Below the pieces are notes generated by a model. The model saw only the letters and a list, made by a program, of their open reading frames with translations. It was not told the origin of the DNA and did no database searches. Position numbers and translations under genes: made by a program. DNA of 64,000 nt, from NCBI GenBank assembly GCA_002633005.1, contig NMRA01000153.1:734067-798066 (forward strand), given 5' to 3'. How positions within the stretch are numbered: position 1 is the first letter of the stretch; each line of letters opens with the position of its first letter. Source of the stretch: Phoronis australis. Taxonomy: Eukaryota; Animalia; Phoronida. Below are positions 39,901 through 51,900 of the stretch, piece by piece.

Positions 39901-42900
39901 CAATTACCGAATAAAGTTTTAGTGATGTTATTGCCTATTAGTGATATCATTAGTGATATTATTGCCTGTTAGTGATATCGTTAGTGATGTTATTGCCTGT
40001 TAGGGACATCGCTAGTGATGTTATTGCCTGTTAGGGACATCGCTAGTGATGCTATTGCCTATTAGGGACATCGCTAGTGATGCTATTGCCTGTTAGCGAC
40101 ATCGCTAGTGATGTTATTTCCTGTTAGCGACATCGCTAGTGATGTTATTGCCTGTTAGTGACATTGTTAGTGATATAATAGTAGTGATATTATTGCCTAT
40201 TAGTCATATTATTAATGATATTATTGCATAAAAATAATCTCTTCACATTATCTCTGTCAGTGCGCAGCAGTTATGGGTACATTTTCAGATGTTTTGCACT
40301 TTTGCTAAAGGGAGTTTTTATTATTTTTTCGAAATGGTTATGTGGAGCACAAGAACAAATTTTTGACTTATAAAATGATAATAAAAAATAATTTGCTGGC
40401 GATCTGATACGCGTTGTGCCAGATGTGTGCAGGCTGCATAGTTGGGCCCATTGCACTGATCACCTGGAACCATTTTTATGTTTTATTAATTTATAGTTAA
40501 AACCAATCTGAGATGCTAGAAACCTGACGCAAGGGTCCAGCAATGTGCCCTTGTGGGACTCGAACCCACGACCTTGAGTAAAGGAAGTTGACACTTATCT
40601 CATTAGGCCACATTACCTCTTCAAGTTTTGACTTAAGTCTAAGCTGGCTTGTCATGAAACATACCTTTGATCTATATGCACCTTCTCATGTACAAAACTG
40701 GAGATAACCCACCATGTCCTGTTGCTCTTGTTCAATATACAATATGACCAGGATTAATGATGAGTGGAAGTCAACTTGTCTGACACTGGAAATGTAGGCA
40801 GGTGGTCATCATTGTTAATGGTCACACAATAGATGTTTACTCACAGTAATTAGCTGTTGTATCATACAGGCTGTTTGTTGCTACTGGATGTCTCTTATGT
40901 AAATCTTGGTTATGCCTGCTCGTAACGCATGACAGTATCTAACAGATCTGTATGATCTTGCCAAACTCGTAGTTTACTGTTGTTTTAAGTCTATCCCTGC
41001 TTCATTGTGCTCTGCATGTGGGTGGGTGTGTGGGTGCGTGGGTGAGTGCGTGCGTGGGTGAGTGCGTGCATGTTTTTTTGTGTGCATGTGGATGTGTGAA
41101 AGACATATTAAATGATGATTTTCTCAACATCTTCATTGTAGCTTGGACTCAATGTTATGGCTTCCTTATCACGTGAAACAAGCCCTGAGAAAGAGCCTGC
41201 AGCACCTGTTCAGTGTGATATTTGTGGGAACTCTCTCGCTGAAAAGGAATGTGCCACTTGCATGAAACAACTATGTACCAACTGTGATAACTTTTGGCAC
41301 AATCACCCCAGGAGGCGAGGGCATGATACAGTCCTCATACAACAGGTCACAAGTCCTACAAAAAGGTTGGTCAGTCGTAGGAAAAGCAAATGGTTTGATA
41401 TTAAGTCTTTCCACACGCTGTAATTTAACCTAAACAAAAGTGATTTTTGTAACACATTCACTTGGTGCCATAACACCTGTAGAGCACATAATAGGTTTAT
41501 GAACAAGTGCTTTAAATTCAGGTGTTAACCAGGCACTAAATCTGGATTTAAAAAACTATTATTAGTGATAGTAACTGCTTCAAGCTTGGGGTATTTCTTC
41601 CATGGAGCTGCTGCTGTTTTACAGATGCATTGTGGGACAGTTGTCTGCTCAAAAATATCCAGTGACATCACTGAAAACTGGTTTAATAGACGCAAGCATT
41701 TAGCGAGTAAAGCTAATGTGTTCATGTGCTTCACGTGTAATGTATGGCGATACCTTTTGATGTCTCGCATAATCCTGCATTTTCGCTCGTTTCTTGCATT
41801 TCTTAGGCGTTGAGATTAACATCAGTGGCGATGGGATGGTGTGTGCCTGGAGAATATGTTGCACAAAATATTTACTAAAAGTCTATTTAATGCAGTTTGA
41901 AGTTCACTTTCAATTTTTACTTTTGTATGTGTCTTGTTTAATCGTAGTCGCACAAAAAGTCACGTTGCAACAGCGTTCTCCCACTTTGAATGGTGGTAAT
42001 CACAACTGGCGAGTGCTGTTTCCGCCATACTGTATTCAAGTCACGAAGTTTCTGCAGTGTCACCGAATGTTTACTAGTATTCAACCTGTCTGTACTGCAT
42101 ATTTTGAAAAATGACAGCAGCGCTATAGATGAAATATCCAAATTGCTGTCTTTTAGTTAATAACTTAGCAACTGTTCCTTGAAATTGTGGAGCGTTTTAG
42201 CAAATTACACAACATTTTCCTGAATTCAGGATTGTTTTGAGTTGACCTAGAAAATACCCTTTGGCTAGTAATCTGAAAATGTCCTCCTGGAGTCTCTAGG
42301 AGCGAGTTTTGAGGGTGGATAGTAGTTTTGTCTTCTCCGTAAAGGTATTTACTAGGTAAAACAACTAGACCATTTGGAACCAATTTAACTCTGGATTATT
42401 CAATTTCGTCAAGTTTTTGGATTGTTTGTTGTAGGGAGATGGTCACTAAAGTAGAGAGCCCATTGCCTGATACCAGTCGGGTTATACCTTCGATTGTTAC
42501 ACCAAAGGTGACGCCTGTACCAGCGCCACGCCTCAAAAAATCTACAAGATATAATTTAGATCAGCAGCAAGGGACAGTTGCGAGTTCCACGTCGACACCA
42601 TCACCAAAAGCAGACGAACTTGACGGTTTATCAACAACAGAATTACACACACTGCTACAGGAAACTGATATATATATCACTAGCCTCGAAGACAAGATAT
42701 ACAAAATCATTTTAAACAACGAGGACTTTTCAAGAAGTGCAGATTATATTAGTCTAACGAAACAGAAGGATCATCTGAAGAAAAAAAGGGCTTTAGTTAA
42801 GCAAAAGCTTCATTCCCGTGCTCAAAGTCTCTCTGATCTTGGGGACATCAGTTTTCCTCCAACCTTCCGACCACAGCAGTTGGAACATTCTTTTTCGTAT

Positions 42901-45900
42901 GTCAACCCTGAATTTTCTCGACCCGGGATGGAACAATTACCTGGTTCTTACTTTACATTACCAGCATCTCAGACTCGCCGTCAAGACCACGTGTCATCGC
43001 AAACGTTACCACGTCATTTATCAGGTGAACCAATGTCGTTTGTGCCAGTGGCAACCCGTTCACCATTACTGCCATCAGAAATGAGTGGCCATTCTTCTAT
43101 GATTCAAATACCAACAAAGTCAATGGAGACAACTGGGCGGTCACAACTGACAGGATCGGGATATCTTCCTCCCAGTGGACCTCCAAACACTTTGCGTACC
43201 AATCCACCATTAAATCATAGTCATGTAACATCATCTGCTTCTGTGCAGACGGCTGTTTCTGGCACAGCTATGTCAGGTGTTGCTAGTGTAGCAAAAACTA
43301 TTGAATGTCCCGCATGTAAAAGTAAAGGAATTCCGTCTGGCTCCGTGAAATGTGGGGTTTGCGGATATCAGCTCAAACGCGTGCCTCACCAGTCATTCTC
43401 TGGAGATAATGAAGCCACTGAACAGATGAACAAGAGCAAATCAGCACCATCTATGGTGAGTTCTCAACAGAGTGGCGAGGGAGCTGCTTTAAGCGCAGTT
43501 GAAGAGTGGGAATGTGAACACTGTACTTTTGTGAATCCATCGTCGACAAGAATCTGTTCAATGTGTAATAAAACGAGCGATGCACCGAGAATTGTTGGGC
43601 CTACGGTTGAGGAGGTGTTTGCTAATGAACGTGAGCACGAGAACACTGCTGCCCCCTGTCAACATGTTGAATTGGTAGACCAATTGGCCCAGGAGCAAGA
43701 CCAGGTGAGTTAGACACACAGTGTTGTTGTTACATTGTTCATACATTTGTCTATGTGCACATTTAGGCCTTCCACCTATACTTGAAATTATTATTAACTT
43801 CATTCAATAAAAGTACGAAGTGATATTATTATGAGCGAGAACATTTTAAGTGTAATATTGGTAACTTTGTTGGCCTTAGTTATTGGAATGAGTACAATAA
43901 TTCCAACAATCCAGTTTATTTGGATTGGATAACGTTTTTGATTCATGTTTTGTAACTAGTAGGTACTTTCTACTTCAGGTTACATTAAAACAACAGATAG
44001 CATTCTGATGGAAAATGTTATTTGAAATCACCATCATCCCACAAACTGGCCCCCACAGCACCTAAAAATGGCTAAAAATCAAATACACAAAACTGTGCAA
44101 AATTTACCGAATTTCAGCACTCCAATGAAAGTTAACAGAAACCCCCTTTGAAAATGCAAAGACTGTCTTCTGAATAAATATAGAGGAAAACAAAAAAGCT
44201 ATATCAACAATTTCTCTAACTGAACCTTTTTGAACCAAAAATGAGCTGTTGTGGGCCAAAATATTCATATTCATTTTAACTTAAAAAACAGTGGCCCAAA
44301 ATTTAGATATAAACAATCTGAACATATCTCACCAGGACGTATGAATGCACAATTTTTTAAGGTCTGAGTCGGTGAGGCTAGAGTCGACCTTTTGGGGCTT
44401 TAGTGGAATGATAGCTGAATTGTCCTCGTGGTTACCTGAATGACCAAAATGTCAAGAACTTCAAAATTTTTGAAAAATGTGGCTGGATTTCTATTCGCAG
44501 TTGTGGGTCCAAATCTTGTCACTAGGCATCCGAATAGCCATTTGTTGTTAGATGTATAACATTTTGAAGTTTTGGACTGCTAATACTGTTTCTGTGTAGG
44601 TTTACTATGAAAAGAAAGCTGCACATGAAGCCTACCAGAGACAGCTTGAGCTCGAGCAACGCACTGGACATTTAAAAACAGCAGCATCTCCATCTCTGGG
44701 AGGAACTCCCAAAAGTGAACCTCAGGCTGGGGCTCCAAAGAAGGACCGTGCAGCTAGTGCGCCTAAGCCTGTCAATAGGAAACAGCAGACAGAGAGAGTA
44801 CAAGAGACCATAGGTGTGACTATGACACATGGTGCTTCGAGGAAAACTGAAGAGGTGGTGCTGGCATCTAATGACGAAGTACACGCGAAAAATAAACGTC
44901 TGGAGTTGTATGTAGATGGCAAAGAAACACTGCGACATGTCAGGGTGAGTGGTGAGGAGCTGGTATGAGTAGTGATTAAGAGTTGAGTGGAGTTGTGGTC
45001 TGGAGTTGGGATGAGTAGAGGGTAGGAGTCGGGATGGGTAGAGGGTAGGAGTCGGGACGGGTAGAGGGTAGGAGTCGGGACGGGTAGAGGGTAGGAGTCG
45101 GGAAGGGTAGAGGGTAGGAGTCGGGACGGGTAGAGGGTAGGAGTCGGGATGGGTAGAGGGTAGGAGTCGGGATGGGTAGAGGGTAGGAGTCGGGATGAGT
45201 AGAGGGTAGGAGTCGCAATGGATAATGGTTAGGAGTTGAGATGGTTATTGGTTAGGTGTAAGGATGGGTATTGGTTAGGAGTCAGGTTGAGCAGTGGGAT
45301 TGGGATGAGTAGTGGTTAGGAATGGGGTTGAGTGATAAGGAGTTGGTATTGCTGGTATTGGAAGAAGAATTTGTGGCTAAATTTATCCATTTTTAAGTTT
45401 ATTTACTTTTAAAATTTGGGAAACTTGAAGACCCATGCAGCAATACTTAGTCAAAATCATGAAATTATGAAGTGGAATGAATCAAGTTATTGGCGGTGAA
45501 TCTCGCTGTTGGAGCAATCAATGCTCCCCATTCAATTGGTTATTTTAGCAATCAATGCTCCCCATTTGGTCGGTTGTTTTAGCAATCAATGCTCCCCATT
45601 TGGGCGGTTGTTTTAGCAATCAATGCTCCCCATTTGGTCGGTTGTTTTAGCAATCATTGCTCCCCATTTGGTTGGTTGTTTTATCATTTCTGATAACCAA
45701 CGTTATCTCGCTGTACTATAAAACAAAAGAAAGGATCCCGCCCCAAAATAAAGAATAAACAATAATGAATTAAAAAAAGTAAATATCAGACAAAAATGCA
45801 GGGACTTGCTTTCAAGTGGTAAAGCATTTTTATCATGAAGCACGGTACTGTAATTCTCCACTGATTTTACACAATAATAATTGCCAAAATGGTCGTTTTC

Positions 45901-48900
45901 ATGAGCCCACATACTTATGCATTGGCGCATTATGCTGGCATCCATGTCCATCTGTCTGGCGTCCATCCAGGGCCCGGTGTTGGGCATCTACTGCTGTATC
46001 TCCAAAACCCTTGGATGTGTGCTCATCAAATTTTGCTGAATGTTCTTTCATGGATGGGACAGCATGAACAAATTTTTGGACAGATCCGACTTCAGATGTC
46101 TCCCGTGGTGGCAATTTTAGTCTTTTACATTTTGCATCTTTATCTTTGGAATTCCTAGTTAACAGAATTCCATAAAATTTGACAGATAAGTATATCTATT
46201 AGTGTTATGATGTCATCTTCCCATTTTTGGTTGGGTTTGAGGTATTTTGCACCACCTTGTAGCCATTTTTACTATTTCCGAGTCTGTTTTTGGCATACGG
46301 CCCTCTGTCAACCAAACCTCTCTTAAGTATGATTTTGAAAGTTGGCATGTATGTTTCTACTGTGAAGGGCATGGCTGGCGATGATTTTCAGATGGCATAT
46401 CCAAGTGGCAATTTTGTTTAGCGCATCTTTGGCTTCATCTCCTAAACCCTTTGCAGGATCTTTGATAAATTTGGCAAGAGTTTTTGTTGGAAGATGAGAA
46501 CGGATGATGACGTTCGAGCAGATCCCGACTCACATTGTGCCTCCTAGTGGCAGTTTTGTTTTTTTTCTTGTTTTTCCCCTGCATCTTTTGGAGTTCTTTG
46601 ATATATTTTTGTGGAATTTGGTATCTATTAAAAGAGGTGATGACAGCTTCCTGGTTACATATAGATTTGACATAGTGGCTGTTCTATTACGTTTGAGTCT
46701 GTTTTTGGCATCCATCGCTCTATCGTCAAACCACTCTTAGTGTTCTTACTGGGAAAAGCATGGCTGACAATGATTTTTGGACAGTATTCGCTACTGTGGC
46801 GCCCTCTAATGACAATATTGCTTTTTTCGCATCCAAAGCTGTTTCTCTTAAAGGAGAATGCAACCCGATTTAATTAGTCTTTTTTACTGTCTTAATCGGT
46901 CTATATCCTCATCGCCTCTTATGCGGTCGACATCAACTTTCCGAGAGATGTCGCGTTAACCTGTGGGGAAGCTGAGAAACGACGCAGTGACGTCAGTGGT
47001 TCATCTGCAGAGTGAATGCCGCTATATTGCAGTGCATCGTTCCCTATTGTCCGAACTATGAAACTGCGAAGAAAGTGGGTATATCATTTTTTCGACCTCG
47101 AGAGCCTGAAATGCTTAGGAAGTGGCTCGCGGTAGTGAGCAATGAAAGGTATGCTGTTAATAGCAAGTACGAGGCCGTGAAACATCTTCGTGTCTGTGGC
47201 CGGCATTTCGTCGACAGTGATTTCTCTGGCGAATTCCGTCTTACCAAAGAACTATCCATACAATCCGTTACCTGTGCATGTTCACGGCCCCTCTCTAGTA
47301 TTTCTTGGTCAGTGTATTCCGGTTCGAGCTGATAGCCTGTGAAACCTAACGATCTGGCCCGTGAAGTATTCGTCGGACTAAGTCGGGATTGGCGCCGGGC
47401 GAGTTGCCATGTAGACTATTCTGCGTTCTGTTTCAAAATGAATTATTCTCATCCTAAAATGATCCTAACCAATGCTTATAGTATGAAACTGAAACAAAGT
47501 CTGTCTCATTAGATACAGTTTGTAATGCGTTGGAGTGCAAATGTTTTGAGAAGCCAGCAATGAATAAACCACTGCTTTTGATGCCGGCAACAAAGGTAAT
47601 TGACCAGGCACCGAGGCCGTGTGAGCGCATGCTAATTCAGTGCTTGCTGACAGAAAGCCGTCGTGAAACAATTACTCGATGTTATATTCTATTTTATATT
47701 TTATATTTATTTTGATATTTGATGTTCACATATTAGGGGAATCTTTGAAATACATTGTTCAATTAAATCACTGTTACTGTACAACCTTTGCCCTGACGGT
47801 CTGTGGAAGGGAAACCCGACTTTGCGGCCCCCGACAAGTAAGTAGATTTTCAGTTTCGCGGCTAATTCACATAAATAATTATGTGCACATTATTTCTTTG
47901 GCTCAATATTATAGTCTTTTTGTGACTGGAGGTTTAGTTTCCAACTCAAGCTGGTTTATGTTTGGGCCAGTCCCGGCGGCCGCGATGGGCCGCGACGGGC
48001 CTGATCGGGTTCCCAGCCACTGGCCGGAATAACAAGCGTTTTGTGTGTTTACAACTCAAAAAATCACAAGTCTAAACAACACAGATCTAGGTTCTCCTGT
48101 CTGTATCTCACGAAAAATACTTCGAATTTATCTCCGAACAAACTCCAAGCTCCTGCTACGGACCTTACTGCGGGCCTGCCGAACTTTGTAGGCTAGCTAC
48201 GGTGTCCAAATACCAATAAATCCATAACAGCTAAATAAAACAACAAGTTTTTATAAGAACTCGGTGTATTTTTAAGGGTTTTACATCGAAGTTTGATGAT
48301 TTATTGGTGTTAAACGATAAATTCAAGCAATAAGCTGACACCAGTAACCCATGTTGGTAACTGCTGAACAGACTGCGTGTGAAACCAATTATGTCATTGG
48401 ATAATTTCAACACCTCCGCTGCCGTCAGGTGTCAGGAGTAGAACTACTCGATCTAAATTGATACAAATTAGGTTGTTTTTTGGGTGGCATGCTCCTTTAA
48501 GTTTACTAGCTCTTCAGTGGGAATGGTTGAAATAGCCCTTTTATCTGCTATATGATGTGATGTACATGGTGGGTACATAATAATGCTCTCCACTGCTACT
48601 GCTCCATTTTTCAAAGGTTGCTTTTGCAAATAATTGAAGTTCTGCAACTGTTGTTTTATGATCTACACACTAAAATCCATGCTTTTAGCTGATCAATCTG
48701 TAAATGATATTTTATAACATCTACACATTACAATCCATGCTTGTAGCTAATCAAATCTTATTCTTAATATTTACTTTCGTGGAGAAGTATAACACGATGC
48801 AAGAATTTCACTTGTCGGCCATATTGTCTCCTAAATAAGTGCAGACATACTGTATACGATAATGTAACTAAAGGTATCATTGAACATATCCTTAAATTTT

Positions 48901-51900
48901 CTAGGAGAATACCGGTACTACTTTCTTGATGCATTAATTTGTTACTCGTAAATACAAATTGAACAGAGTTTTCCAAAGGCATTGAACTGATATGAGTTGG
49001 AGTAAATTCTCAAAGAGCATGGGAGAGTAATAATAGGTTAAGTACTTAATGTTTCTATGTTGAATTTCCAGTTTTCTGACATGGCTGGCTTTAGTATGGA
49101 GGAGTTTGACATTGCCATTGCACAGTGCGGAGACAAAAACCCCACTGAATGGTTGCGTCAAGAATGGACATCAGCAGTTGACTCTGTGGTGACCTCAGTC
49201 ATAGATGCTGCACACAACATGGGGATTACAGTTAGAAAGGAAGACATCGAACCCATTGCAAAGGATGGTCTTATTGAGTCGAAAGGAAACGTAAAAGATG
49301 CTGTGGATAAATATACAAAAGTTTTAAGAGAAAAGGTATGAAAAGAAGAGGTGTATCAGTCACATCTTTCTCTTCTTGCTCCTCTACATCTCCCTCCCTA
49401 TCTCTCACCCTCTTTCTCGAACTATCCCTCTTTCTCGCTCCTCCTCCTCCCTCTCGTTCTCTTCTCTGTCTCCCTCTCCCTCTTGCTCTCCTCTCACTTT
49501 CTCTCTCCTTCCCTCTCTCCCCTGTCCCTCCTCCCATCTCCCTCTTTCTTTATCTCTTTCTCTTTCCATCCCCCAGTCTCTCATCCTCTTTCCCTCCCAG
49601 TTTCCCTCAGTCCCTCCCACTCTTCCTCCCTCTCTCCCTCCCTCTGTCGCTCCCTCTCTCCCTCTCNNNNNNNNNNNNNNNNNNNNNNNNNNNNNNNNNN
49701 NNNNNNNNNNNNNNNNNNNNNNNNNNNNNNNNNNNNNNNNNNNNNNNNNNNNNNNNNNNNNNNNNNNNNNNNNNNNNNNNNNNNNNNNNNNNNNNNNNNN
49801 NNNNNNNNNNNNNNNNNNNNNNNNNNNNNNNNNNNNNNNNNNNNNNNNNNNNNNNNNNNNNNNNNNNNNNNNNNNNNNNNNNNNNNNNNNNNNNNNNNNN
49901 NNNNNNNNNNNNNNNNNNNNNNNNNNNNNNNNNNNNNNNNNNNNNNNNNNNNNNNNNNNNNNNNNNNNNNNNNNNNNNNNNNNNNNNNNNNNNNNNNNNN
50001 NNNNNNNNNNNNNNNNNNNNNNNNNNNNNNNNNNNNNNNNNNNNNNNNNNNNNNNNNNNNNNNNNNNNNNNNNNNNNNNNNNNNNNNNNNNNNNNNNNNN
50101 NNNNNNNNNNNNNNNNNNNNNNNNNNNNNNNNNNNNNNNNNNNNNNNNNNNNNNNNNNNNNNNNNNNNNNNNNNNNNNNNNNNNNNNNNNNNNNNNNNNN
50201 NNNNNNNNNNNNNNNNNNNNNNNNNNNNNNNNNNNNNNNNNNNNNNNNNNNNNNNNNNNNNNNNNNNNNNNNNNNNNNNNNNNNNNNNNNNNNNNNNNNN
50301 NNNNNNNNNNNNNNNNNNNNNNNNNNNNNNNNNTCTCTCCCTCTCTCTTCTCTCCCTCTCTCCCCCCCTCTCCCTCCCTCTCTCTCTCCAACTCTGGTAC
50401 TAACACATGGTATGTGTCGTATTTCTCACATGAAGTTTTTTTTGACATTTCTCGGATTGACAGTACAAACATGAGCATGACGAATGGTAAAATGCACAAA
50501 CTGACAATATTTGAAGGTATAGAAAATAGCTGGCTTAATTCAGCATTTATAGGATGTGACAATGTCTTCATATTGTGTGCAAGATATTTTCCAGCCTTCT
50601 ATAAAGACCTATCCAAGTGGACGGTGTTCGAGGACATCACTGCCGAACAAAGTCTACCATTACAAAATACCCTTGTATACAATATCTTGTAACCCTCTTC
50701 TCTGGGATACAAAAAGTGTATTTTCTTGACTCTGTTAAAATCTCAGTACTGGGTTTCTGCTTTGCATGAAATGTCGGTTAATTGCCCAATCCCGAGATTT
50801 AAACTTGAAACTCTCTTGTTTCAGATTGATAAAATTGTCAGTATGGGTTTCCATAGTCCAGAACATGTAGGCAAAGCATTATCAGATGCCAAAGGAGATA
50901 CAGATCGAGCCTTGGCCATTTTGAATTCAGAGGTTACTGCATCATATCTTGAGCGTATCTGGACGGACTCTGAAGACATCGCTGCTAATGATCACTTATC
51001 ACCAGGAGTTGAAGAAGCCATCTTGAACAAGAATCTGGACTTTGAGGTTTGAGAATGCTGTAGACTTATTGTTGGTTCTCTAGTGCTGCCATCTGGTGGC
51101 TCAGTTAGAAGAAACTTTGCTGTTACTTTTGCAATCCGCCGTATATTTCTGCTGCCATTGGTGTTCCTGCTCTGCCAAGTCGGTTCAAAGCTGATGACAT
51201 CCGATTTTTATTTACTTTGTATTTGCACACCATTTAGCAAGAACGACTTACTGCTGTATTTACTGCTGCTGTTTGCAGTACATAGCTTTATGATGCCAAG
51301 CCAAGTCAATATTTTCTTTATTCAATTCAGTTTTGAAAACAATGAAATAACAATGTGTCTTGAATAAATTACAGCAGTACGTAAAAACCAAATAGAATGG
51401 CACACTCCCTAAGGTCTGCTGTGAAACAGGTCCTTTATATCCAGTTGTCTGTATCCCAGAATTTTTTAGTGTTGATTAGTTTGTGAATGTAAAGATCTAT
51501 TTTTAACATGTCTGACTATATGCTAAATTGGCCTCACTTCTTTCTGTAGATTGAAGAGCTTGTAAAGTGTTAAAGCTTCGCCAAAGTCAATCATTAAACC
51601 CAGCCTATGCGAAAACTACTGATTTTCTAGATTACACTTGTCTAGTGAAAGCTACTTATTACATTGTTTGACTTTTTGCTGTTTAAGAATTTGGGAAGAG
51701 CTCAGTGGATGTTGTATGATAATTAAGTTTATTTCACAACTTCATTTTGCTTATGTTTCGAAATTCTCTCATAAACAATTGAAATTAAGTTTAGTTGGTG
51801 ACAGAAATTCTACTTTAGGACCAATTTCGTGCTTTCAATGAGTAGAGTTCGACAGAAGCAAATTCTTAGCATAAGCAACTGTCAGTTTGTTTACATTTCT

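Larger units (their letters stand above)
45895..48610 (+). mobile_element. HINE/pearl-like composite repeat interrupted by a Kolobok element
   Basis: ttttcatgagcccac... head, gtccatct-type microsatellite, then degenerate tandem units. Reverse-complement relatives lie at about 55300-56410 and 58705-63055. Confidence 0.5.

Noticed and set aside
49338-50692. Long ORFs spanning the gap
   Set aside because: They consist of a CT-rich tract plus Ns.
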